Assembly: GCA_963724765.1 (NCBI GenBank)
Contig: CAVRVY010000003.1
Coordinates: 960,001 to 1,024,000, forward strand
From: an uncultured delta proteobacterium
GTDB taxonomy: Bacteria > Desulfobacterota > Binatia > Binatales > Binataceae
Length of the DNA stretch: 64,000 bases
Direction of reading: 5' to 3'
Translations under genes and position numbers: made by a program
The notes under the pieces: generated by a model
What the model saw: the letters and a program-made list of their open reading frames with translations, nothing else
Told to the model about the DNA's origin: nothing
Database searches by the model: none
Part shown: positions 48,386 to 57,915 of the stretch, piece after piece
Numbering within the stretch: the stretch's first letter is position 1
Layout: each line of letters starts with the position of its first letter

Positions 48386-49192
48386 ATGGCCAAGAGGCGA
48401 AAGACCCATCCGCCGCGCAAGGCCCCCGCACCCAGGCCGAAGGCCGAGAAGCCAGCCTTCAGCTCGCCGTTCAAGGACTTAAAGAAGCTGCTGGTCGAGC
48501 GGCCGCATCCCAAGACCCCCGACAAACCGTCGGGCAAGGCCCCGGCCAAAACCCCAGACAAAATCCCGGCGGCTGCCGTGGCCACGCCGATAGCGGAGTC
48601 AGAAGCGGCACTCGACGATGCCACGATGTTCCGCCAGGCCGTCGACGGGGTGCGCCGGCTGGGCGACCAGCGTCCTATGCGCATCGTCCCCAAGCATGAG
48701 GTGACGCTGGAAATCGTTAGCGAAGATGCCGAGGTTCTTGCACAGCTATCGGACCTGGTTTCCGGAGTGGGAGCCTTCGAGCTGACCGAGACCGAGGAAT
48801 ATACCGAGGGGACGCGCCTCGGTCTCGACCCGCGGCTGGTGACGCGCCTTCGCCGGTGTGAATTCGCGGTGCAGGCGCATATCGACCTTCATGGGATGAT
48901 CCAGGCCGACGCCAAGGCGGCACTCGAGGGATTTATCTTAAACTCGGTGCGCAAGGGACTGCGCGCGGTGCTGGTGGTGCACGGCCGCGGCCTGCGCTCG
49001 CCGGGCGGGATGCCGGTGCTCAAGCATGCCGCGTCTCAGTGGCTCTCGCACGGGCACATGGGCGGATACGTGCTGGCGTTTGCGACCGCGCGGCCGGCTG
49101 ACGGCGGTGCGGGTGCGATGTACGTGCTGCTCAGGCGGGATCGGCGTCGGGCCAAATTCGACGTTCTGCAAGGCGCCAAGCGCCGCGACTGA
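48386..49192 (+). CDS. Stand-alone Smr-domain protein (SmrA/B-like)
   Basis: FRQAVDGV, IDLHGM, VVHGRG, VLK and DGGAGAMYVLL. Confidence 0.9.
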   Translation: MAKRRKTHPPRKAPAPRPKAEKPAFSSPFKDLKKLLVERPHPKTPDKPSGKAPAKTPDKIPAAAVATPIAESEAALDDATMFRQAVDGVRRLGDQRPMRIVPKHEVTLEIVSEDAEVLAQLSDLVSGVGAFELTETEEYTEGTRLGLDPRLVTRLRRCEFAVQAHIDLHGMIQADAKAALEGFILNSVRKGLRAVLVVHGRGLRSPGGMPVLKHAASQWLSHGHMGGYVLAFATARPADGGAGAMYVLLRRDRRRAKFDVLQGAKRRD

Positions 49193-49277
49193 GTGGAAGG
49201 GCCGCTCCCGAGCAGCCGCCCCTACATCGGAGGGGCGGATTCTGCAGGGGCCGTTCGAGATCGGCCACTTCAATTAC

Positions 49278-49311
49278 AAAAAGAAAACGGGGCCGGTCTA
49301 ACCAGCCCCGT
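49278..49311 (-). terminator. Rho-independent terminator of the atp Fo operon
   Basis: Minus strand ACGGGGCTGG-TTAGA-CCGGCCCCGT followed by TTTCTTTTT. Confidence 0.75.
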
Positions 49312-49352
49312 CTCCGAGTGTTCACTTTTACTGCAAAAGGCGAATTACTGGG

Positions 49353-49688
49353 TCAAATCTTGCCCTGCAGGATGAACGAGATGACCAGCGAGTACAGGGT
49401 CAACGACTCGACGAACGCGAGTCCGATAATCATCGGGACGAAGAGCTGGTTGGTGCTGTTGGGGTTACGCCCGATCGATTCCATCGCCGAGGCTGCCAGC
49501 TTGCCCTGGCCCACCCCGCATCCGAGCGCCGCGATACCGATACCGAGTCCGGCCCCGAGTCCGATAAGGCCCGCGCGCAAGCCATCGCCGCTGCCGCTGC
49601 TCCCAGCCGCCTGCGCCATCGCGAGCAGCGGACTCGCGAGCACCATCGCCGCCGCCATCGCGAGCCATGTTCCTAACCGTCGAATCAT
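49353..49688 (-). CDS. atpE: ATP synthase Fo subunit c with N-terminal extension
   Basis: GxGxGxG helix, GRNP loop, FVESL; AGGAGG RBS. Confidence 0.95.
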   Translation of the reverse strand: MIRRLGTWLAMAAAMVLASPLLAMAQAAGSSGSGDGLRAGLIGLGAGLGIGIAALGCGVGQGKLAASAMESIGRNPNSTNQLFVPMIIGLAFVESLTLYSLVISFILQGKI

Positions 49689-49841
49689 TACGTCTCCTCC
49701 TTGGTTTGCTCGCGGCCATCAGCCAGGTCCATGGCTCTTTTTTCTCCCCTCTATCCTCTTCCACCCCGCGAACCGGACCGAGCCTGGTCGCGAATTTTAT
49801 TGAAATCTTTCGGCGAGCTTTCAGCTTCGCCGGGCCGCACT

Positions 49842-50537
49842 CTATGAGTAATGCGAATGGCTCGCCATCCGGACGTACGAGATCGCCAGGATCACGAAGA
49901 CCAGGGCCTGAACGATACAGACGATCGAGCCCAGTGCGTAGAAGGCCAGCGGAATGACCAGCTTGGTGAGTCCCGTGAACAGCCCCAGCACCTTGTGGTC
50001 GGCGAACATGTTGGCGAAAAGACGGATGCCCAGCGAAAACGGGCGGAACAGATTGTCTGCCACCTCGATCACCACGAAGAACCACGCCAGCCACCACAGC
50101 GGGCCCAGGAAGCTGCGCAGGTAATACAGCCCCTGATGCCTGAAGCCCTGGTAGAGGTAAAAAACAAAGCAGATGATGGCGAGCGCGAAGGTGAGGTCGG
50201 TGTCGTTGGTTGGCGGCTCCATCCCCGGAATGAGGCCGAGGAAATTCGCCGTGAGAATAAACATGAACAGCGTGCCGAAGAAGGGAACGTAATGGCGCGC
50301 GCTGTGACCCTCGAGCACGCCGGCGACGAAGCCGTCGAGCCACTCCGTCATAACTTCGCCAACCGAACGCAGCGTGATTCCACTCTCGGGGACGGTTGGG
50401 TCGGCCGACTCAAACAACGCCCGCCGCGCCAGAAGCCCGAAAACGATCAGGATTCCCATCGCGATCCAAGTGCCGACCACAACCGGCGGGAGATGTACGC
50501 TGCGCGCGATGAGATCGACGAAATTGACCGGGTTCAA
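49842..50537 (-). CDS. atpB: ATP synthase Fo subunit a
   Basis: NFLGLIP, RPFSLGIRLFANM and QALVF; TTG start after GGAGG. Confidence 0.95.
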   Translation of the reverse strand: MNPVNFVDLIARSVHLPPVVVGTWIAMGILIVFGLLARRALFESADPTVPESGITLRSVGEVMTEWLDGFVAGVLEGHSARHYVPFFGTLFMFILTANFLGLIPGMEPPTNDTDLTFALAIICFVFYLYQGFRHQGLYYLRSFLGPLWWLAWFFVVIEVADNLFRPFSLGIRLFANMFADHKVLGLFTGLTKLVIPLAFYALGSIVCIVQALVFVILAISYVRMASHSHYS

Positions 50538-50566
50538 GCTATCGCCTCCGCGTCGCGCCGAGACCG

Positions 50567-50968
50567 CTATGCGGTCCGCGAAACGCGCCAAGTTTCAACA
50601 AAGATCGCGCCCGGCCAGGTCAGGACGCCGAGCAGAAAGCCCGGAACGTTGATGTTGGTGCGGCTTAGGAGCCAGGCAACGACCGTAACAATAAACAGCA
50701 ATTTCAATGGCGCCGCAACAATCCCGAGCCGGTTGGCGCCACCGCTTTGTGTAGCCACCGCGATTATCCATCGGCCAACGAAGGTCAGCAGGAAAAGATT
50801 CGCGATCATCACCGCGCCGCCGACCGCGCATCCGAGCGCCGCCGCGGGCGAAGCCACCACGAGGAGCATCAAGCTGAGCGTCGCGGTCATCACGGCCGTC
50901 ACGCTCTGAATCCCGGCGATCGTCGGAACTGTCCACGTCATGCGATTAAAAATTCTTACGGCGATCAA
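50567..50968 (-). CDS. atpI: ATP synthase protein I-like membrane protein
   Basis: Four hydrophobic segments; located upstream of atpB. Confidence 0.75.
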   Translation of the reverse strand: MIAVRIFNRMTWTVPTIAGIQSVTAVMTATLSLMLLVVASPAAALGCAVGGAVMIANLFLLTFVGRWIIAVATQSGGANRLGIVAAPLKLLFIVTVVAWLLSRTNINVPGFLLGVLTWPGAIFVETWRVSRTA

Positions 50969-51201
50969 AGACTTTTACGAAACGACCGCGTTTCGGCTAT
51001 CAGGCGATAAAATCCGAGAAACACGCCGCCCAGCAGCCCGACCAGGGTCCAGATGGAGCCGGTATGAAAATGGGCGTCGATGTAATAGCCGGCGATCGAG
51101 CCGCCGATGATCGGCGAGAAAAGCTCGGCTCCGATAGCGGCATAGCGCCACAGGTTCGGCTTTCCCTCCGATGATTCCTCCAAAGGCGGTTGCTCTGACA
51201 T
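50965..51201 (-). CDS. AtpZ/AtpI-family small membrane protein
   Basis: GYYID..F.T two-TM motif at the head of the atp operon. Confidence 0.85.
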   Translation of the reverse strand: MSEQPPLEESSEGKPNLWRYAAIGAELFSPIIGGSIAGYYIDAHFHTGSIWTLVGLLGGVFLGFYRLIAETRSFRKSL

Positions 51202-51233
51202 TCAGGACCTGCGGGACTTCAGGGCTCTAAAAC

Positions 51234-52523
51234 TTACGCGACCTCGGCCAGCGACTCACTCGCCGCGGCGACAGTCCGGTCGATATCGGCCTCGCTATGG
51301 GCCAGCGACACGAACATTGCCTCGAATTGTGCGGGCGGCAGATAGATTCCGCGCTCGATCATCGCGTGAAAAAACCGCGCGAACAACGCCGTGTCCGCGT
51401 GGCGCGCCTCTTCGGCCTCGCGCACGATCTCGACTCCCAAAAATGCCGTCACCAGTGAGCCTACACGATTTATGCAACCCTTGCGGCCCGAGCGGTCGAG
51501 CGCCTCGGCCATCCCGCCGCCCAACCGCGCCGAAACCGCCTCCAATCGCTCGTAAGTGCCGGGCCGCGCAAGGATTTCCAGCGTCTTAAGCCCTGCGCGC
51601 ACCACCATCGGGTTACCCGATAGTGTCCCCGCCTGATAAACCGGACCAACCGGCGCGAGCAGGTCCATCAAATCGGCCCGCCCCGCGACCGCGCCAATCG
51701 GCATCCCGCCGCCGATCACCTTGCCTAACATAATCAGGTCGGGCTCGGCGCCATACATCTCGTGCGCGGTACCGTAGCGCAGGCGAAAGCCAGTTATCAC
51801 TTCGTCGCAGATAAGCAGCGCGCCATGACGATGCGCCAGATCGCCCAAATCCTTCAGAAAGCCGGGCGCGGGTGCCACCACGCCCATGTTGGCCGCGACC
51901 GGCTCGACGATAACCGCAGCGATCTCGCGGGGTTCCGCGAGAAAATAGCGCTCCACCGCCTCCAGCGAGTTGTAGCGTGCGACCCGGGTCAGCGCGGCCA
52001 GCGCCTCCGGTACGCCGGCGCTGTCGGGCACGCCCAGGGTCATCACGCCCGAACCGGCGCGCACCAGCAGGGCGTCGCTGTGACCATGATAACAGCCGTC
52101 GAACTTGATGATGCGGGAGCGGCCGGTGGCCGCGCGCGCGAGGCGAATTGCGGTCATCCCGGCCTCGGTGCCGGAGCTAACCAGGCGCACTTTGCGCGCC
52201 ATCGGGATGGCAGCGCAGATACGTTCGGCGATCGCGATTTCCAGCTCGGTTGGAGCCCCGTAGCCGAAGCCGTGCGCGCCCTGTTCGGAGAGCGCAGCGA
52301 CGACCTCGGGATGGGCGTGGCCAAGGATCGCGGGACCGTAGGATCCGACGTAGTCGATGAAGCGGTTGCCGTCGGCGTCGGTCACGGTCGCGCCTTCGCC
52401 GTGCGCGATGAAGAGCGTAGTGCCGCCGACCGCTTTCCATGCGCGCACGGGAGAGTTGACCGCGCCGGGGATGACGGCGGCGGCGCGGGCGAGCAGCGCT
52501 GCGGAAATTTTCTTTTCGATCAT
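51234..52523 (-). CDS. hemL: Glutamate-1-semialdehyde 2,1-aminomutase
   Basis: PGAVNSPVRA, SSGTEA, GCYHGH, DEVITGFR, GKVIGGG and YQAGTLSGNP. Confidence 0.96.
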   Translation of the reverse strand: MIEKKISAALLARAAAVIPGAVNSPVRAWKAVGGTTLFIAHGEGATVTDADGNRFIDYVGSYGPAILGHAHPEVVAALSEQGAHGFGYGAPTELEIAIAERICAAIPMARKVRLVSSGTEAGMTAIRLARAATGRSRIIKFDGCYHGHSDALLVRAGSGVMTLGVPDSAGVPEALAALTRVARYNSLEAVERYFLAEPREIAAVIVEPVAANMGVVAPAPGFLKDLGDLAHRHGALLICDEVITGFRLRYGTAHEMYGAEPDLIMLGKVIGGGMPIGAVAGRADLMDLLAPVGPVYQAGTLSGNPMVVRAGLKTLEILARPGTYERLEAVSARLGGGMAEALDRSGRKGCINRVGSLVTAFLGVEIVREAEEARHADTALFARFFHAMIERGIYLPPAQFEAMFVSLAHSEADIDRTVAAASESLAEVA

Positions 52524-52976
52524 GCTTGAGCTTTGCTCGCTAACATTTGCCGACCTGCCAGTCAAACATGCGTAACCGTCTCGTGTAGCAAGAAATTGCG
52601 CTTACACAACGGCTCCCAGAGCCAACGTGCGCGATCCGTGAAAATCACCGCGCAGCGACGCGATCGCAGGGTCAATTCCATTTTCACGATTCCTGAAAAA
52701 AATCGCGCGCTTGTGAACATGTGATCAATTTTACTTGAGCCATCTGTGCAAAGGGTCTATCACGTTCTCTTCGCCGACACACTTCACACGCGGACGCGCA
52801 TATCGCGCGCAAGCCGCCGTGGCGAGTGGCGTCAGGATCAAAGTGGCCGCAAGGCGCTCGATCTGCTCACTGGATTTTTTTGAACTTGAGTCCATTAAAG
52901 AGGACCGCGATGGCCCAGGTTGATAGACCATCGTGCGGTGCGCCGCATTACTGTCTGGCGACGAGGGGAAAGTAGC

Positions 52977-52996
52977 TTATCCACAGGTGTGGATAA
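52977..52996. promoter_or_regulatory. Two perfect inverted DnaA boxes upstream of dnaA
   Basis: TTATCCACA (52977-52985), GG, TGTGGATAA (52988-52996). Confidence 0.92.
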
Positions 52997-53089
52997 GCTT
53001 GTGCGTAATTCAGTCGGCGGCCTGCTCGATTCGGTGGGAGGACCGCGTGTCCCGGGTGATGGCTCATTGACTTCCGGGGGAGGGGAAAC

Positions 53090-54439
53090 ATGGAAGGTTT
53101 GTGGCAGAGAACTGCGGACCGGATACGAGATTCGCTGGGCCAGGTAGGATTCGAGACCTGGATTGGACCGCTAAACTTCCTGGGTATGCAGGGGCGCATC
53201 GCCACTATCGAAGCTCCCAACCGTTTTTTTCGCGACTGGGTAAGCGATCGCTATCTCGAACTGCTCCGCCAATCGCTCTCGGCGGAGGTCGGGCAGTCGG
53301 TCGACGTCAAGCTTACGCTGGGACTGGCCGGCAACAGCACGCTGCATGAGGCGGTGCGGCGCACGCTACCGCCGGCTGCCCCGACGGCCGAGGCGCCCAC
53401 GCGCGACCGCCATCCGCAACTCAATGAGCGCCACACCTTTAACGAATTCGTGGTCGGCTCGGCCAACCAGTTCGCCCATGCGGCGGCGCTGGCGGTCGCC
53501 AACCAGCCGGGCGTGAAATACAACCCGCTCTTCATCTATGGCGGGGTGGGCCTGGGCAAGACCCACCTGGTGACCGCGATTGGCCATCAGTTGTGGAACA
53601 GCGGCAAACGCAACGTGCTGTTCATGCCGGCCGAGCTTTTCATGAACGAGCTGATAACCTCGCTTCGGCGCGACCGGATGGGCGAGTTCAAGGAGAAGTT
53701 CCGCCGCGTCGACGCGCTCATCCTCGACGACGTGCAATTCCTGGCCGGACGCGAGCGGACGCAGGAGGAGTTTTTTCATACCTTCAACTCGCTGCACTCC
53801 GACAAGCATCAGATCGTGCTGACCTCGGACAAGGTGCCGCGCGAGATTCCGGGACTCGAGGAGCGACTGCGCAACCGTTTCGAGTCGGGGCTTATCGCCG
53901 ATGTCGCGCCGCCCGACCTCGAGACGCGGGTCGCAATCGTGCAAAAGAAGGCGGCGCACGACAGCATGAGTTTACCCTCCGACGTGGCGCTCTATATCGC
54001 GCAGAACGTCTCCTCCAACGTGCGCGAACTCGAGGGATGTCTCACGCGGCTGGCGGCGCTGGCCTCGATGGACCGTGCCCCGGTGACGGTGGAGTTCACC
54101 CGCCAGGCGCTCCACGACCTCATCCGCGTGCAGGACCATCGCCCCGGCATCGATGGCATTCAGAAGACGGTCGCCGACTTCTTCCATATCCGGCTGGTCG
54201 ACCTGAAGTCGAAAAAACGCACCCAACACATCGCGTTTTGCCGCCAGGTGGCGATGTACCTGTGCCGCAAGCTCACCGACAACTCGTTTCCGGTCATCGG
54301 CGAGCATTTCGGACGCGATCACTCCACCGTGATCCACGCTTACAACCTGATCGCGCGCCGGGTGGGCAACGATTCGGCCTTCCGCATGTCGATCGAAAAA
54401 ATCGAGCGCGAACTCAAGATCGATCAGCGGACCGCGTGA
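53090..54439 (+). CDS. dnaA: Chromosomal replication initiator DnaA
   Basis: YNPLFIYGGVGLGKTHL, DDVQF, TQEEFFHTFN, NVRELEG and GRDHSTV. Confidence 0.98.
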   Translation: MEGLWQRTADRIRDSLGQVGFETWIGPLNFLGMQGRIATIEAPNRFFRDWVSDRYLELLRQSLSAEVGQSVDVKLTLGLAGNSTLHEAVRRTLPPAAPTAEAPTRDRHPQLNERHTFNEFVVGSANQFAHAAALAVANQPGVKYNPLFIYGGVGLGKTHLVTAIGHQLWNSGKRNVLFMPAELFMNELITSLRRDRMGEFKEKFRRVDALILDDVQFLAGRERTQEEFFHTFNSLHSDKHQIVLTSDKVPREIPGLEERLRNRFESGLIADVAPPDLETRVAIVQKKAAHDSMSLPSDVALYIAQNVSSNVRELEGCLTRLAALASMDRAPVTVEFTRQALHDLIRVQDHRPGIDGIQKTVADFFHIRLVDLKSKKRTQHIAFCRQVAMYLCRKLTDNSFPVIGEHFGRDHSTVIHAYNLIARRVGNDSAFRMSIEKIERELKIDQRTA

Positions 54440-54685
54440 CGGCCTCTAACAACTCTGTGGAAAAGTCCTCTACAATAACCACAGTATCGACAGGAAGGGG
54501 GACGCAACGGCGGCGAGTGCGATTGCGGACTGGAGGCGATGCACCGTTTGCCCACTGGCAATCGTGCTACGATTACGAAGGGTTGCGCCGCCCATCAACA
54601 AATTCACAGGGCCTACTGCTATCTTAAAGATCTTTTAGATCTAATTAGATCTTAAGATCAGTAGAGCGCAGCGACGAGAGGATAA
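54440..54685 (+). other. Probable oriC (dnaA-dnaN spacer): DnaA-box-like motifs, DnaA-trios and AT/GATC-rich unwinding element
   Basis: TGTGGAAAA at 54456; ATCAACA-AATTCACA-GGGC-CTACTGCTA (54594-54621); then AGATCT x3 plus AGATCA (54628-54660). Confidence 0.85.
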
Positions 54686-55828
54686 ATGGAACTGGTAATC
54701 GAGCGCGCGGTGCTGCAGAGCAGCCTGTCGCTGGTTCAGGGAATCGTGGAGCGGCGCAACACGGTGCCAATCCTCGGGCACGTGCTGCTCGAGCCCAACG
54801 GCGCCAGCTTGCGTCTGGCCGCCACCGACCTCGAAGTCGGTATCCGCACCGAAATTCCCTGCCGCGTCGACAAGAAAGGCAGCGTCACGCTCAACGCGCG
54901 CAAACTATTCGAAATCGTACGCGAGGCCGAGGGTGCAGAGGTGGCATTCAAGTCGCTCGACAACGATTGGGTCGAGCTCAAGTGCGGGCGGGCGAAATTC
55001 AAAATGATGGGGCTCGATCCGCGGAGTTTCCCGGCGATGCCCAGCCAGGCGCAGGCGAAACCGCAGGGCGACGCCGCCCGCAGGGCGGTCAAAGGTGACC
55101 TCACGATCGCCACGCGCGTGCTGGCGACGATGATCGACAAGACCATCTTCGCCGTCAGCCCCGACGAAGCGCGCTACAACCTGGGCGGGGTGTTGGTCGA
55201 GGCGGCTTCCAAGGGCGTCGCCCGGATGGTCGCTACGGACGGGCATCGGCTCTCGATGATCGAACGCGAGGCCGAGGGTTTCGAGATGCAGGGCAACGCG
55301 ATCATCCCGCGCAAGGGCCTGGCCGAACTGCGCAAGCTGCTCGATCAGGAGGGCGAGGAGCAGGTGCAGTTGATGCTCGACGGGCAGCTCGCGTGGCTCA
55401 AGCGCGGCGCAACAGAGGTTTCGATGCGCCTGGTCGAAGGCGAATTTCCCGACTACCGGGGCGTAATCCCCAAGCAATCGAAGTACGCCGTCGCCGTCGG
55501 GCGCGACGCGCTGCTCAACGCGATCAAGCGGGCGGCGATTTTCTCCAACGAGCGCTATCACGGCGTCAAGCTGGGACTCGCAAGCGGCGCGCTGACCGTC
55601 TCTTCGACCAGCCCCGAGATGGGTGAGGCGAGCGAGACCATCGACGTCGATTTCAACGGCGACGAGTTCTCGATCGGCTTCAACGCCGCCTATCTAATCC
55701 AGGCGCTGGGCGTGATGCCGGCGGAGAGCGATGCCAGCCTGGGGCTCAGCGACGAAGTCAGTCCCGGCGTGATCAGTTCGTCGACGGACTCGCAGTTCAC
55801 CTACGTGGTGATGCCGATGCGGCTGTAG
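54686..55828 (+). CDS. dnaN: DNA polymerase III beta sliding clamp
   Basis: PILGHV, ATDLE, VATDGHRL, EGEFPDY and VVMPMRL. Confidence 0.97.
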   Translation: MELVIERAVLQSSLSLVQGIVERRNTVPILGHVLLEPNGASLRLAATDLEVGIRTEIPCRVDKKGSVTLNARKLFEIVREAEGAEVAFKSLDNDWVELKCGRAKFKMMGLDPRSFPAMPSQAQAKPQGDAARRAVKGDLTIATRVLATMIDKTIFAVSPDEARYNLGGVLVEAASKGVARMVATDGHRLSMIEREAEGFEMQGNAIIPRKGLAELRKLLDQEGEEQVQLMLDGQLAWLKRGATEVSMRLVEGEFPDYRGVIPKQSKYAVAVGRDALLNAIKRAAIFSNERYHGVKLGLASGALTVSSTSPEMGEASETIDVDFNGDEFSIGFNAAYLIQALGVMPAESDASLGLSDEVSPGVISSSTDSQFTYVVMPMRL

Positions 55829-55840
55829 GCTGGCACCGGG

Positions 55841-57715
55841 TCAGTGCCGGCCCTCGACCGCGTTGGCCGGCGGTACGGCGGCCGGTGACACGGCGACCAG
55901 GACTTCCTTGTTGAGCACGTGCTGGCGCGCCTCGAAGGGAAAAGCTTCCTCGCTGGCGACGACCTTGCTCGAGCCGTCAAGCTGATCTGCAAGGCCAACG
56001 CGGTCGCGCCGCCGCACGATCACCCATCGCAGCTTCCTCTCTAGCGCGTCGTGCTTCAACTTGCCCGCATCGTCGTAGTACGGGAGCGGATCCGGCAGGT
56101 CGAGGTAGTAGAGCGGACCGACCGTCTTATATAGCACCACGCCGGTAGTCGCCTGGCCCATCTGGCGGCGGATGTCTTCGGCGAAGCGCTTCTCGCCGCG
56201 CCACTTGTCAGCGGCGGGCATCGCGAAGATGAAAAGGTAAGCCAGGAAAAGCGTTCCGGCGACCGCAGTGGACGCCGCGACCTGCCGCGTGTCGAAGCGC
56301 TTGAGTGTGTAGAGCACCGCGAGCAGCGAGACCGCCCAGCAAATCGCATAAATAACGCGGTCCGGCGCCGGCGGCAGCGTCGCCATCGGTCCTTTAAAGA
56401 TCCATTGCGGTGGAATCATCACGATCGCGCCGCCGGCAACCGCAATCGCGATCACCGCGTAACCAAGGCCGAGCAGCCGGCGTCCCAGCGGCGAGAGCGC
56501 CTGGACCGGCGTGGCGAGCGTCCGCGCAACCAGCAGCGCTCCGGCCGGCAGAATCGGCAACAGGTAGTAGCTACGGCGCGATCCGGAGAGCGTGAAAAAG
56601 ATGAACGTCGCCCAAAAATAGATCAGCGCGAAGCGATGGCCGCGCTCAGCAGCGCTGGTTTGGCCGGCAGGCGGTTTGCGATGGGCCTCGGCAAGCGCGG
56701 CGGGCAGGAAGGCCGACCACGGCATCATCAGGGCAAAAATGACGTAGCAATAAAGATAGATTGGGCCGCGATGGTCGAACGGATGGAAAAACCGCACCAC
56801 GTTTTCGCGATACACCATCTCCAGACCCTTCTCGGAACCGGTGCGCGCGGCCGAGATCGCAAACGGCACGTAATAGACCGCCGCGCCGAGCGGAATCGCA
56901 ACCAACGATTTCCAGTTGAAGAGCCATCGGTTGCGCTCGATGAGCCATCCGATTCGCCCAACGACTGAGCCGCGCGAAAGCCGCCGTCCCAGTTCGGCCC
57001 ATCCGTCCGCCAGGCACGAGTATAACCCGAGCACCATCAACGGCAGCACGTAACCTAGCAGTCCCTTGGTGAGCGACGTCGCCGCCATCACCAGCCACAG
57101 TCCGACCACCCACCATCCGTCCTGCCGTTGCTCATTGCGCAGGAAAAGCGCGAACGCCGCCAACTCTCCCGTGACGGTTTCGACGTCGGCCGAGGCATGA
57201 CGTGAAAAAAAGACGAAGCTAAGGCTGGTGGCCAGGATGAGTCCCGAAAGCAATGCGCTGCGAGCGTCATAAAGGCGCCGCCCAACCAGCATCACCAGCC
57301 ATACGCCGAGCAGTCCGGCGATCGCGCAGGGCAGACGCGCCGAGGTCTCGTCGAGTCCTCCGGTCAACCTGGTCGCCGCGAGTACCAGCCAGTATGAACC
57401 AAGCGGCTTGTCGAAGTAGACCCGGCCGTTGATCGTCGGCCAGAAGTAGCGCGCCGTAAGACGCATCTCCCGCGCGATTTCGGCCCAGCGGAATTCCGAT
57501 GACCAAAGCGCGCGCGCCCCCAGTCGGGCAAAGAACATCACCGCCGCCAGCACCAGCACGGCAGTAGCGGCGGCGCGCCATGAGACGGCGTAACCGAAGA
57601 TCTCGATTGAGGCTTCGCGGGTCGCGTCGCCAGCCTGTGGCGATTTGCCGGCGGCGGAGGATGGCTCGGCGTCGATGCGCTCGTCGGCACGGCGCGGGTC
57701 GGCGGTACTTTCCAT
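55841..57715 (-). CDS. Second GT-C / ArnT-like glycosyltransferase
   Basis: LWSSEFRWAEIAREM, YFDKPLGSYW, RLPCA, LTKG and YYLLP. Confidence 0.87.
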   Translation of the reverse strand: MESTADPRRADERIDAEPSSAAGKSPQAGDATREASIEIFGYAVSWRAAATAVLVLAAVMFFARLGARALWSSEFRWAEIAREMRLTARYFWPTINGRVYFDKPLGSYWLVLAATRLTGGLDETSARLPCAIAGLLGVWLVMLVGRRLYDARSALLSGLILATSLSFVFFSRHASADVETVTGELAAFALFLRNEQRQDGWWVVGLWLVMAATSLTKGLLGYVLPLMVLGLYSCLADGWAELGRRLSRGSVVGRIGWLIERNRWLFNWKSLVAIPLGAAVYYVPFAISAARTGSEKGLEMVYRENVVRFFHPFDHRGPIYLYCYVIFALMMPWSAFLPAALAEAHRKPPAGQTSAAERGHRFALIYFWATFIFFTLSGSRRSYYLLPILPAGALLVARTLATPVQALSPLGRRLLGLGYAVIAIAVAGGAIVMIPPQWIFKGPMATLPPAPDRVIYAICWAVSLLAVLYTLKRFDTRQVAASTAVAGTLFLAYLFIFAMPAADKWRGEKRFAEDIRRQMGQATTGVVLYKTVGPLYYLDLPDPLPYYDDAGKLKHDALERKLRWVIVRRRDRVGLADQLDGSSKVVASEEAFPFEARQHVLNKEVLVAVSPAAVPPANAVEGRH

Positions 57716-57915
57716 TTCGCGATCAGGTTCGCAGCCCGCTCCGCGGGGTTCAAGTACCCGCGCGAGCCGATGCGCGCTCAAGCGCTTTCGGAATCGCGCT
57801 TGCGCGCGCCGCGATCGTCCTCGGAATTCTCCCCGGATAGAAACGCTGCTCCGGCGCGTGCTACCGTTAAAAACCTCCGGCCTCCGCCGGCAAGCTCCCG
57901 GGAGAGATGATCGCT

